Source: Haliotis rubra (Eukaryota). Taken from it: a DNA stretch of 64,000 bases. This document shows, one piece after another, positions 24,389 through 36,957 of the stretch. The notes under the pieces are model-generated. The model saw nothing but the letters and a program-made list of their open reading frames with translations. It had not been told where the DNA came from and ran no database searches. Numbering within the stretch: position 1 is the first letter of the stretch; each line of letters starts with the position of its first letter. The translations under genes were made by a program, and so were the position numbers. The stretch lies in assembly GCF_003918875.1 (NCBI RefSeq), contig NW_025767293.1, positions 186,001 to 250,000 on the forward strand, read 5' to 3'.

Positions 24389-26645
24389 TACTTTATACCA
24401 ATGTACACCGTGGAACATACAACGTGGTTTTCTTGATTCGAAACAAGGGAAGAACACTTATCTGACAATGATGCCGAGGCATATAAATCATTTCAACGAC
24501 AAATGAAGTGTAAGGAGTTCGGGGTTTGTCTGGTGTCCACCGCCGTGATATTGCTGGAATAATGCTAAAAGCGGCTTAAAGCAATACTCACTCACTCACT
24601 CCTTTAACTGTAATAGACCTTACCGTAATTATAAGTTTTGTCTTCTTATTGTGATATTTTAAACTCGATACATCAGTTAAGATCATACGGATTTACAGCT
24701 AAAGGTATATATATAACATGTTAGTTCATCTGGTGACATGATAGTGGATATCTTCGCTTGTGGCAGTTTATCTGGTCCAGTGACATGATACATGGATATG
24801 TCCACCAGAGAAAATATTAACTGCATAAGCTCACTAGTTGAAATTACAATGTATTTGGACAGAAAAATAGAACTATCCTGAAAACACTTTCAGCTGTTTC
24901 TCAGAGTTCGTTTCTACATATCAAACCATTCTGACAGTTCAGTATTTACGCTGCATATCTGGAAGGGGAAGCAACCCATACATCCTCAGCATATACGCCT
25001 ATGTCAGTATTCTGTCAGTCTCCTGCAGCCCAACCGCACACAGAGCACTTGCTGTCGGTACTCGTTCAGTGTCAGTCACTGTTGTCATGGAAAGGGGAGC
25101 AACTCTTGCTATCATAAAGAATCTGCTCCAACTAAAACTGTAAACATTTCTACTACCAAATTTAAGCGTATCTGGGGTGACAACGTATTCCACCTCCCAG
25201 CTATAATTAACACCTTCGTTACTCTGCCTTATAGTTTATGTTACATTATATTACTTTCTACCATTTAAGCGTATCTGGGGTGACAACGTATTCCACCTCC
25301 CAGCAATAATTAACACCTTCGTTACTCTGCCTTATAGTTTATGTTACATTATATTACTTTCTACCATTTAAGCGTATCTGGGGTGACAACGTATTCCACC
25401 TCCCAGCAATAGTTAACACCTTCGTTACTCTGCCTTATAGTTTATGTTACATTATATTACTTTCTACCATTTAAGCGTATCTGGGGTGACAACGTATTCC
25501 ACCTCCCAGCAATAGTTAACACCTTCATTACTCTGCCTTATTGTTTATGTTACATTATATTACTTTCTAAAAGATTCATAACTTGTTATTCAAGCATTTC
25601 AGTGATTGCAAACCCACATATCTTACAAATTGGATATCTGATGACGCACCCACTTGCTAACACGGCTGCATTGATATCATCCTTTAGAGAATCGGGTACC
25701 GATTGTACCTATGAGGAGAACGGAACCAGGCGGTTTTTCTACGTTTCTAAAATATTACACATAAAGTGTTCATAACAATACTGTATATTGTTAAATTGGT
25801 GAATCCTAAATTTTCACGTGAGCCGTAGACAGGGTAACACATGTTTCTTTTCATTGATAAAAACAGTTTGTGAAAATATCTACTTTATACCAATGTACAC
25901 AGTGGAACATATAACGTGGTTTCCTTGATTCAATACAAGCGAAAAACACTTATCTGACAATGATATGATGCCATATAAATCATTTTCAGCCACAAATGAA
26001 GTGTAAGGAGTTCGGGGTTTGTCTGGTGTCTCCCGCCGTGATAGGATAGCACATGTTTCTTTTCATTGATGAAAACAGTTTGTAAAAATATTTTCATGTT
26101 TATCTCATCTAGTGCCATTATACATGAATAAGTCCGCTTGAAAATATTAAGTCACTTGTTGAGATAATAATGTTATTTGAGAGAAAAATAGAAAACATTT
26201 TCAGCTGTTTCTCAGAGTTCGTTTCCACATATCAAATCATTTTGACAGTTCAGTATTTACTCTACATATACGGAAGGGGAAGCAACGTGTTCAGTGTCAG
26301 TCACTGTTGTCATTGAAAGGGGAGCAACTCTTGCTATCATAAAACATCTGCTCCAACTAAAACTGTAAACATTGCTACTACCAAATTTAAGCGTATCTGG
26401 GGTGACAACGTATTCCACCTCCCAGCTATAATTAACATCTTCGTTGCTCTGCCATATATTTTCTGTTTCATTGTATTACTTCCAACAGTCATGACTTGTT
26501 ATTCAAGCATATCAGTGATTGCAAACCCACATTTCTTACAAAAAGGATATATCTGATGACGCACCCACTTGCTAACACGGGTGCATTGACATCATCATTG
26601 AGAGAATCGGATATCGATTGTACCCATGGGGAGAACGGAACCCGG
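24389..26645. repeat. Local tandem segmental duplication (24389-25730 versus 25882-26645)
   Basis: Several collinear near-identical blocks. Confidence 0.85.
25154..25569. repeat. 103-bp tandem repeat, 4 copies
   Basis: tttaagcgtatctggggtgacaacg recurs near 25161, 25264, 25367 and 25470. Confidence 0.95.
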
Positions 26646-27897
26646 GTAAGCAAACGCATTGCCAACATGGTTACACTACCACCGAGAAGGGACCATTGGC
26701 AACACGCCCTGACAAACAGTCGGGTTAGATGAACATTAGGTAGACTGTTTTCACGATTCTTTGTGAATAGACCACCTATATTAAACATGTTTGATTAAAG
26801 TGTCAATAGACGAAATACAATACTAAACGATAACATTTTAAAGATGTATAAACAAATTCTGGGTATGAGACAAAATGGTGATCAGTGATACTACTTCCTA
26901 AATGGGTGATCGAAAGTCCCATTGATAATTGATATAACATCCGCTACTCAACCATCCAATTTATCCAGACAGTAAACACCGCCACCATTTTAGCGACACC
27001 GATTCTCAACCAGACAATTGCGAAGTTAATAGTAAAAGAAACACAAAAGAAGTAAGAAAAACACCTTTTCGTCCATACTAACTTGCTTGTTGCTCTCTTG
27101 CCTTAATGCTCATTGTTATTCAGTAGATAAAGCGTTCTCTCCTCACGATAAAGACCCGGGTTCGATTCCCCATATGAGAACAATGTGTGAAGCCCTCTGG
27201 TGGCCTCGGACTTGATATTGCTGGCATATTGCTAAAAACGACGTAATGTAATACTCACCCACTCGTTATGCGATTCAAAGAACAAAACCGTTGAATGCAA
27301 AAAGCAGTTTTATTTTCTGCCAGCAGCATAACACTATATAACCTCGGTACCATAACTAGAGCATCAAATAGCAATCAAGAGCTTTTATATATAGAAAAAT
27401 ATACATCAAACATATAAAGACACATATAGCTAACAATACTTCTGCACTATCTCTATTCTGCGGTGCGTATGGAGATGCAGCGATTCATTGTGCCGGCTGC
27501 ATCTCATAAACATGCATAGGTGTTCACCTTAAAGAGGTGTCAAACGCACAAACTCACTACTATCAGTGCAAATTAAAATCATGCAAAGAAATATTTCGAA
27601 ATATCTAGTTATCTGAAAGATGTAAACATTGGAATTATACTTATTTCTAATCTTTGAAGTTTGGCATATATCTCACTAACTCAGCGACTTAAAGTACATA
27701 AGACAATGTAGGATACCTATTTGTCTAGGTTTGTCATACATAGCGTGTATCGTAAACAGGGTAACTCAACACATGGTTTTTTTTATTGATAAAACAGTTT
27801 GTAAAAATATTTACATCTTTAGTCATGAAATACCAAGAAACAATTGAACTATCTACACACGTTTGTCGGAACATGTTCTTTTGATCCCGACAGGATG

Positions 27898-28474
27898 TAG
27901 GAACATTAAATCAAACAAGGAAGATTGACTGAACATTGTATCCACAACCCATAAAAACTCAAGAGTGTCATTTGTTATTAAAATATGCAACTGGTTAATA
28001 ATCACTTTATTTGCATAATGGACGCTTCCACGTTATATACGATCCCGACCCCAAGGTTTCTGTTGATAATGTCATGTAACGTGAATTTGTTAATTAACGG
28101 TATTTTGGAAAGTTATATTTTCTGTTACGCTTAACGATAATCCTGGAACATCACACTTAGATACATAAAAGGAAGGAATATGAAACATTCAGCTCTAGAG
28201 TGCAATCACTCTTAGTTATCTAGAACCCGTGAAGGTCCGGGTTAGATTGAACCTTCAGTAACCAATGCTTGTCGTAAGAGGCGACTAACGGGATCGGGTG
28301 GTCAGGCTCGCTGGCTTGGTTGACACATGTCATCGGTTCCCAATTGTGCAGATCGATGTTCATCCTGTTGATCACTGGATTGTCTGGTCCAGACTCGATT
28401 ATTTACAGACCGCCGCCATATAGCTGGAATATTGCTAAGTGCGGCGTAAAACTCAACTCACTCACTCACTCACT
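27898..28474. repeat. About 570-bp direct duplication, copy 1; includes SINE B at 28226-28474
   Basis: Matches 31431-32000; this SINE retains its TSD tagttatctaga. Confidence 0.92.
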
Positions 28475-28641
28475 AGTTATCTAGATATTCCATAAACAAA
28501 CTAGCGATGAAACTTGCATGGATCACATAAAGTCTGTGATGGCACTGGGTGTTCTCTGAAAGAGTAAACTGTGCCCTTTGGGATGCTTAATGTCCAGATG
28601 TAATCAAGTGTTAACTGGTATATGCACCCTTGTTTGTTGAA

Positions 28642-30646
28642 TTAAATATCATCTTCTGAAGATGCAGGATCTGGTTTCTTTGGCGATGGTTGGCCTGGTA
28701 ACCTCATTGCAAGTTTTTCCTGGAGTTGCTTCGTTACTTGTGAAAACGCCATGAAATTGACTGGAGTAGGACCAGATTTGGGTATTGCTTTGGTTTGTGT
28801 GGTGAGTTTGGAATCTTTTCGTGGTGGTGGAGGTGGTGGACCGCCTTTGCCTGCTGGTTTCAGTGATGAGGAAGTTGGCCGTTGACCAGAATTTTGATAG
28901 TCCCCATCAAAGGTCTGTAGATCGTCACTAGATGTGGAGCCTCGGCAGCTAGATGAGGAGCCTCGGTGGCTAGATGAGGAGCCTCGGCGGCTAGATGAGG
29001 AACCTCGACTATCTGAAAATGTGCTATCTCTGTCACCAAACCTATGATCAGCTAGCTTTGACCTGATAGGCTGTGGTGATATCTCGGGTGGTCCATGGCA
29101 GGCCTGTTTTGGCAGTGGTGGTAGTGGACGTTTCTGTATTGGTATCGTTTCATTTGAAGACATTTCATTTTGACGACCAGAACTGCACAAGGAAGTAAGG
29201 GATGGGTATTCTTTCACATCAGGTGGGTCTGATGGTTTATCCGTTTCTCTTAAGTTTCCAGGACTCTTGGTTAATTTTGGTATTGGAGGGAAAGAAGGCA
29301 GTTTGGGAACTGTTGATACCTCTTCATTTTCAGCACCCTTTTCCTTCATTCCAAGCAGTTTCTCCTTATTTTCATAGGTATCCGACAATCTCGGGATTGG
29401 TGGAAAAGATAAATCATCAACCTTAGGTTCTCTTTGACGTGAACGACGAGCATCCGAGAGGTTCCGCGAAAGATGACTGGTTTTGGCTTTTAGTGGCAGT
29501 CGTGGAAGTGTAGATGGTCCGGATGGTTGCATTTGACCACGAGTATAAGAGAACTGCCTTTTCTGGGACTCCATTTCAATACTTGTCAGTTCATCATATT
29601 CTGAAGACTGTGATGTTGTAGAAGCACGCCCAAAGTGAGCATCATGTGTTTTGGTAGTTTCGTTTGATGCTGGATGTAACTCGAGCAAGTTTCTTGAAAG
29701 AGGCAAGGTTTTCGTTTTAGGCAAGAGTGATACAGTGGATTTTCCTGCTGACCCCGGCAGATCACAGTCATCAAGAGATTCCTTATTATTCTTTGAGGAA
29801 AAATTATCACTGATCATATCAATGATGTTTTGAGACATTTCCTGGATATTTGGCACACCACTTTCCAATATGGGATGGGTAACGTCCTCTTCGGGTATGA
29901 ACATCCCTTCTGTTTCCATGGAAACAACTGAGCCAGCAGATGCGTACACGGACCCAAAGTCCGCATCTGCTGCGGGTGGCATGTCGAGCCAGGATTTTCT
30001 GAAAAGTGTAGACATTGCAGATTGACGTGAATTCGCATCTAATGATTCTCGAAGGATAACATCATCTCCCTCTTCCGGAGTAACTCGTGTGAGGACAATA
30101 TCCATGTTTTCGTCTTCATCAGGTACGAATGTGTCTGTTTTCTTAGTGTTGGAAAGGTACGCCATCTTGCTGGTTTCGAAAGTAGATACTGTGCTGTCTC
30201 CCCTGCTGTCGTCTACATGAACGTAATCATTTGTTAGATTTGAACTGACACTTCCACGTGCCAGGGCTCCTTTGTAGTTAGATTTAAAACGATTATCGCT
30301 TTTACGCCATCCACGACCGAGTTTCTTCAGTAGGATTCCGCTCAATGTTGAACATTTCTTTGGGGGTTGAGGGGGTTGAGGCCTACCAGTTACTGCAAAT
30401 TCTGTTACTGCTTTAATAGATTCTTCAGAAGATGCTGCACCACAAGAATCATTTGACACAGGCCTTTGTGCACCTAAATACTCATACGAATGACCGTCAC
30501 TCTCATTTGATGATGTGTCTGAGTTGCTTTCGCTTCTCTTCTGCTTTCTTAAGGGTACAGCATCACCCTGGTTCTCGTAGATTGCAGCAATGTCCAATAT
30601 GCTGAAGGACAGGTCATTCAGCCTTTGGTCTCGTTTGCAGCGTCTC
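28642..30646 (-). CDS. Adaptor A terminal exon (cytoplasmic tail)
   Basis: 2-kb uninterrupted ORF; acceptor ccttttcaaag; motifs YENQ, YEYL, YVHV, YDEL, YENK, YQNS, RPLPPLP, PPPPPPRK. Confidence 0.92.
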
Positions 30647-33060
30647 CTTTGAAAAGGTTGAAACAAGTCATATCAAGAAAGGTACCAACTATGTAAAATA
30701 GTTTTTTCTTTATACAGGATATACTATAACATACAAATTCAAAACATTTGTACAGATATACCAATAGAAGTATATACACACCGCGGTTCAAAGGCTACAA
30801 GGTGCTTTTAAGCTATGATTTTGAGAGACAGCTGTCTGGACTCGGTGATAAGAGTACTAGTATATGTGTGAGACATTTCACGAATCAAACAACACACTTT
30901 TGTGAAAATCACCACATAAAAGAGAAGCTAATCAATTACTTGTATGTTGTCACAGCGAATGTTCTCAGCAGTTTTCGTCTTGACAGGACGTCCAGTGAAC
31001 AATTTTAAAACAATTATTCAGTATTCTTTGGATCAAATTGTTCCTTTCTTGTGAGAATATATCTACTTCCTGTATAAAATGACAAGCTATTTGTACTTAC
31101 TTGGTAAACAACAGGATAGCCCATACGAGGAGGAGAAGCAGGATATATACGCCTATGAACCCCAGCGATATATATTCTGGAAAAGGAGTAAATAAAAAGG
31201 TACATGTGACATTTTGTAGAAACAACTAGCTACGTTAGAATCGGCCCTAATTTAATCAGATATACCTACTGGTTATACAAGGTTCGGTTGCATTTACATG
31301 ATTCTGAAAAAGGATTGGGTTTCTTTAAAACATATTTCAATCACCAGCTCTACTTTGTTAAAAAAATTCTGAAAAATCGAAATTGTGAAAACATTATTGA
31401 ATTCATTTGATGCTGAGTGCTGACAGGTTATAGGAACATTAAATCAAACAAGGAAGATTGACTGAACATTGTATCCACAACCCATAAAAACTCAAGAGTG
31501 TCATTTGTTATTAAAATATGCAACTGGTTAATAATCACTTTATTTGCATAATGGACGCTTCCACGTTATATACGATGGCGACCCCAAGGTTTCTGTTGAT
31601 AATGTCATGTAACGCGAATTTGTTAATTAACGGTATTTTGGAAAGTTATATTTTCTGTTACGCTTAACGATAATCCTGGAGCATCACACTTAGATACATA
31701 AAAGGAAGGAATATGAAACATTCAGCTCTAGAGTGCAATCACTCTTAGTTATCTAGAACCCGTGAAAGTCCGTGTTAGAATTGCTCTTTAGTAACCCATG
31801 CTTGTCGTAAGAGGCGACTAATAGGATCGGGTGGTCAGGCTCGCTGACTTGGCTGACACACGTCATCGGTTCCCAATTGCGTAGATCGATGCTCATGCTG
31901 TTGATCACTGGATTGTCTGGTCCAGACTCAATTATTTACAGACCTCCGCCATATAGCCGGGATATTGCTGAGTGCGGCGTAAAACTAAACTCACTCACTC
32001 TGACTAAGAGGGAATGTCCCGACTCATGAAACGTTAGATATATTCAAATGTACAACTTCCGGTTGTGGCATTTCGTCAAGGACAGTATTCCAGTTTTATC
32101 AAGGAGTGTCAGCATGATGTGTGAATGATGCATTTCTCTTATTTAACACTTCGGTGAATCCCATAAGTAAGTCATATGATGCTATGACAACATATACGAC
32201 TGAGCGAACTCCCACTCATGTTAAGTATCGTTAACACAAGCTGCAACATGTCATATCGATTGAGTACGGGTACGATACTATGATGCTATACATCGAGTGA
32301 CGACGTCAATGAGGAGACGTGTGTATGGCTGCCCAGGGTGGTCGCACTCACCATTGATGACGTGTCCCCTGTCTCATGTCTTATTATATGACTCTTTATG
32401 CACTTTTTGAATGAAATCTAATTTGTGTAATTTTTAATTTTGACCCCTGGACCCTTTCTAGGTACCGATCCACAAGGCGTATGAAGCGTTACGACCTGTG
32501 GTAATTCTATGGTGTATCATAGACTTCCGAATGTCGTAGCGTTCAGGACCCAGCATTACAAAGAATTTTCAGTCAAATTGTTGGAAAATGATTTCTGTTT
32601 GTAAAATAATTATCATAAATCTCACAAACATCTTTGTTTCTATTTTTTCGGTCAAGTGAGGTCGGTGATAACTTTCTTTTGCCCGGTAGCTTAGTAACTG
32701 TAACTTGAAAACGGTAAAAACACACACTACCAAACCTCTGCAACAATGTAACCTTGTCATCAACAGCTATGACACTCAGAAAATGAATAATTCGACTCGA
32801 ACTTGAGCTATCATTAATATGAATTTACGATTCAAACATATACAGCAAAACGAAATCCCATACATGTTTAGTATCGTAAAACAATTTGCAACATGTCACT
32901 TCACCTATGAGCAAAGTCATATAGATTGCTTTTCCATGATTCATATTTGGGCAACCATCAGCCCAAGTCTAATGCGAGGCATTAAGTTTGTCTAGTATAT
33001 TAAATAAGAACTCTACATACCCGGTCTCATGTCTTTAAAGGACCATCCGTCCCAAGACAT
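28642..33060 (-). CDS. Single-pass membrane protein with a tiny ectodomain and a long Tyr/Pro-motif tail (transmembrane-adaptor-like, adaptor A), 3 coding exons, about 706 aa
   Basis: Exon 33060-33021 MSWDGWSFKDMRP, G|gtatgt, with an in-frame TAG two codons upstream of the ATG. Exon 31176-31101 (E)YISLGFIGVYILLLLLVWAILLFT(K)|gtaagt. Exon 30646-28642 is the 674-aa ORF from RRCKR onward. Phases 1 and 2 are compatible. Confidence 0.85.
31101..31176 (-). CDS. Adaptor A transmembrane exon
   Basis: ccttttccag|...|gtaagt, 76 nt, hydrophobic stretch of about 23 aa. Confidence 0.88.
31431..32000. repeat. About 570-bp direct duplication, copy 2; includes SINE B at 31759-32000
   Basis: Matches 27898-28474; no TSD after this SINE. 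Confidence 0.92.
33021..33060 (-). CDS. Adaptor A first coding exon
   Basis: 40 nt, ATG with an upstream in-frame stop, phase-1 donor gtatgt. Confidence 0.7.
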
Positions 33061-33444
33061 CCTCTAGTCATCTTTACTTGGGCCGAGTGTTACTCAACCC
33101 TGTGTTAAACATACTTTCTGCTGTGATTATTTATTTCCCTCTTTACATTACAGTTAACGTTCCTATTCCGCTTAACAGGGAAATAAAGCATCAACGATAA
33201 GGAATGTTGTAGACTGAATTCATGTTTACAATGAGTGTGGACTTTATAAAATGTTAAACATAACCAACGTCTTCAGCAATTAAGTTCAATTTTACCTGCA
33301 CCGTTTTGTTTAAAAAATGAGGTATATTATACAAGGCCTGTGAACTGTTAATAGTACGGCAACATCTAATATGGTATTTCTTTCATTAAAGTGAGAAATG
33401 GTGAAGAGGTTTGATTTTGTAAAGGAAGATAGTTTTCAAAGTTT

Positions 33445-33645
33445 GAAAGAGAAATAACAAAGACAAGTGTAAGGCAACGTATATCCATCTGTTGTTTCAC
33501 ACTGAATGTCCAACATGGTCGGTGTTTCCAGTGAACAATTTCCTTATGTAGTGATCGCCCCCGAACACTGTGTCAGGGGCCAGTGTTAAGGAAATATAAA
33601 GCTCAGTCGAAACCGTCTCATTAATACATTGACCTGTGGTAGTGA
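33445..33645. repeat. About 200-bp duplicated element, copy 2
   Basis: Near-identical to 4529-4736. Confidence 0.9.
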
Positions 33646-33661
33646 CAGACGGAATTTCATA

Positions 33662-33829
33662 CGAGTGAGTGAGCGAGTTTAGCTTTATGCCACTGTCAGC
33701 AATATTACAGCAATATCTCAGCGGGAACACCAGAAATGGGCTTCACACATTGTACATATATGGGGAATAGAACCCGGGCCTTCGGCGTGACGAGCGAACA
33801 CTTTAACCACACGGCTACCCTCACCGCCC
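33662..33829 (-). mobile_element. SINE family A copy
   Basis: Aligns to the other A copies. Confidence 0.88.
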
Positions 33830-34467
33830 CACACAACGAAGTGATATTGCAGGATAAACGTTATGTTCTAAAAGAATAAGATGTGTGTGTTAAAAATTGA
33901 AGAGCAATCCTTAAACGTGACTTCATACGACAAGGTATTTGAACCTGGAATAATCACAAACCATGAACGATAACTGGTTTTAGCAACCCGTCTTGTAGAT
34001 ACCACTTGTATTGACTTGTAGTCTTGTAGTCATCACATGTGTTAACGTAAGTGAATGATAATGATTTTATGCCGCATACCTTTTATTCCGGCATATTACA
34101 TCACGGCGATTTCACCAGAAATGGACTTTACCTCGAACCCGTGTCTTGAGAGCTAGGAGTGAAAACCTAAACTACTATGTTACCAAACTAACACAGCGTT
34201 AACGTTAATTTGGTACGAGGAATAATATAACTCAAAGAATGAAGTCTTCTGGAAATATATATACTAATATATATACGTTTGGTGTTTTTCAGAAAAGAAT
34301 GCAATTCGCTAACAGAATAGAAAGCTGCGTCTTCAAGATGGAGGTTCAGAAAACAAATTAGGTTTGATGAGATTGCCGATTAAAACACAACTGGATGCTG
34401 ACGGCGTGGCAAAGGGGTTATCTTCGCGTGTGACTTGGATGACGTTTCTTCCTTACCAATCTCAGGA

Positions 34468-34730
34468 CACGTGTCTCCTGGTGTCAAGGTGAAGGTTACG
34501 TGTGTCTCCTGGTGTCAAGGTGAAGGTTACGTCACGCCATGTGTTCTCGATGGCGATAAAGGTGGTCAAGGTGAAGGTTACGTGTGTCTCCTGGTGTCAA
34601 GGTGAAGGTTACGTGTGTCAAGGTGAAGGTTACGTGTGTCTCCTGGTGTCAAGGTGAAGGTTACGTGTGTCTCCTGGTGTCAAGGTGAAGGTTACGTCAC
34701 ACCATGTGTTCTCGATGGCGATAAAGGTGG
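34468..34730. repeat. 31-bp minisatellite with a higher-order duplication
   Basis: Unit gtgtgtctcctggtgtcaaggtgaaggttac; spacer ccatgtgttctcgatggcgataaaggtggt present twice. Confidence 0.92.
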
Positions 34731-34908
34731 TAGCGTTGTGACGGATCCATACCGTACTGTTTCTGATGATTCCCTGAGCAGCCGACCTTTCCTCTAACCT
34801 GTCATAGTTGTTTGATAGGGATTCAGAAACACAACACATGCTCAGGACAAAATCGGAATCGTACACATATATTTCAGCACTATTAAACCAGACGATATGT
34901 TGCCAGAG

Positions 34909-35054
34909 TGAGTGAGTGAGTTTTACACCGCTTTTAGCAATATTGCAGCAATATCACGGCGGGGACATCGGAAATGGGCTTCAAACATTGTACCCATGTG
35001 GGGAATCGAACCCGGGCCTTCGACGCTTTAACTACTGGGCTACCCCATTTCCCC
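34909..35054 (-). mobile_element. SINE family A copy
   Basis: TSD atatgttgccagag. Confidence 0.9.
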
Positions 35055-35203
35055 ATATGTTGCCAGAGGTATGCAGAATTACATGATTGAAAACAATGCT
35101 ACTACGTATCGTGGTCTGGTAGCTACCCTCGTCTATCACATACATGTACTTGGGTTGAAATGCTCCTCAGTTCCATCCCCGGAAGACATACTTATATTAT
35201 ATA

Positions 35204-36479
35204 TACTGAACCGCTAAAGAAACGCGACACCGATAAAGGTTTCGTAAACCACACACTTTAATTCGCTCTAATTAACAATCAAAACGGAGGATTGCGTTCA
35301 AACTTGAGAGTTATGGTTGACACATTTTCGGGAATCACATTTAGAGTTCACACTACCCAAATCACCAAAAATGGTACCAATAAGATACCTCAAATTCAGT
35401 ATGGTGTGTCGCCTCCATGGGCATCGATGACGGCGTTGCGTCGTCTGTACATGGAATGAAGTTGTCGGCCTTGGTTGGAGGTCGTTCAGTCTTGTTTGAA
35501 TCTCAACCCAAAGGTGTTCTATTGGACTTAAATTCGGCCTGAGTGCAGGTCGGTGAAGGGGTTTGGATGCCATGTTGTCGTAGGAAGTCCAGTGTTGCTC
35601 TGGCAGTGTTGACACGAGCTTTATCTTGCTGGAAGATGTGATTTCTGTGACGTTTAAAAATGTGGTAGAAAGTGGGGTCTTATAACTTGGTCAGTATAAC
35701 TAGCAGCTGTCACGCCATTTCCTCGTCCTGGACCGAGATTCTGGAACACCACGGGGCCAACTCTCTGGTTCAGATAGATTGCACCTCACACCATGATGCT
35801 TGGACCACCCCTCGAGTCTCTTTCAACAATACCCGCATTGGATAACCGTTCCCCGCGCCTTCGCCATACTCTCACTCCGCCATCGGCTGTCGAAACACAA
35901 TATCGGCTTTCATCAGTAAAAGCACAGTTCTTCATTGTCGATAACGCCAATTGCGATGCCGAACTGCCCATTGCAGTCGGTTTTAGCGGTAACGAGCGGT
36001 GGGGACAGGACCCACCGCACTGCGTGGACGGTCTTGGATGCTGTTAATGGCTTGATACCGTTCCTGCAGTCGGTAGATTGTCCTAACATGAAATTAAAAT
36101 GATTGGCTACCCTCCGTGCAATCTGGCAAACTTGCAATCGTCCCAAGGCTTGGTTCCTTTGATCTCTCGTAAGTCGTACCATGGCGATTGTGTCAACACA
36201 AGAATGATTTCAAGTGAGTTTGGGACTCGCTTTCAATGGTAGGGTTGTCACGAAATGCACGTGCATTTTCATTTTCACGAATGTCATACGGAACCTTTTA
36301 CCACGTCTGTCTTTTTTGCTACGTTTGGTCGATATGCTTGTTCATCAGAGAAAACACTGACGTTGGTAATAACTGTCAATTTGGATTGAAAAACATGTTA
36401 ACTAAACGCTGCAATCATACAAAAACACCACATTTTGCATTTGGTTTTGTAAAGTCGCGTTTCTTTTTGCGGTTCAGTA
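35204..36479 (-). mobile_element. Tc1-like DNA transposon with a decayed transposase
   Basis: TIRs tactgaaccgc.aaagaaacgcgac at both ends, TA flanks. Fragments MVRLTRDQRNQALGRLQ (HTH), FTDESRY, QQD.AR and PNLSPIEHLW, broken by frameshifts. Confidence 0.92.
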
Positions 36480-36957
36480 TATTACCTTCGTTGCATGTAT
36501 GTGTTAATAACCTTTGCCTAGGCCCCTGTCAACGGATCTTGCAATGGGAAAAGGAGGATGACGTTTTTAGTTGACATTGCTGGTTTTCCCTGGTCCATTT
36601 GCCGCTGTTTCCTTTTGTGTCCGGTTTTATCAAATGCTCGAAACAGGTTAATCTCTTGCTTTGACATTATATGTTATCGCTGTGGAATTGTTTCTTTATT
36701 TTATCTCGTTCTATAACTTCGTGTTCATGTTTGTATGTATCGATAACATTGGTTTTAACGAGACTTACACTACGCGCGACAACTAAGTTCGACAACTGAC
36801 ACATATATTGTTCGAGTAATACCTAGTAGGGCAGAACATAATGTCCTATTCACAAGCATACACATTCAATCACGAGCAAATACGGATGTTAACAGGCGTT
36901 CGCAAGTTGTTTGTTTGTTGTTTGTCGCCAGCAATCGGCAATATTCCAGCTATATGG

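Noticed and set aside
30647-30666. ORF-track start MFQPFQR of the 674-aa ORF
   Set aside because: Non-ATG start inside the polypyrimidine tract; the frame is entered by splicing at 30646.
7254-33060. The adaptor A tail being the cytoplasmic exon of the EGF gene
   Set aside because: On the minus strand the tail exon lies upstream of the EGF exons, so cis-splicing in that order is impossible.
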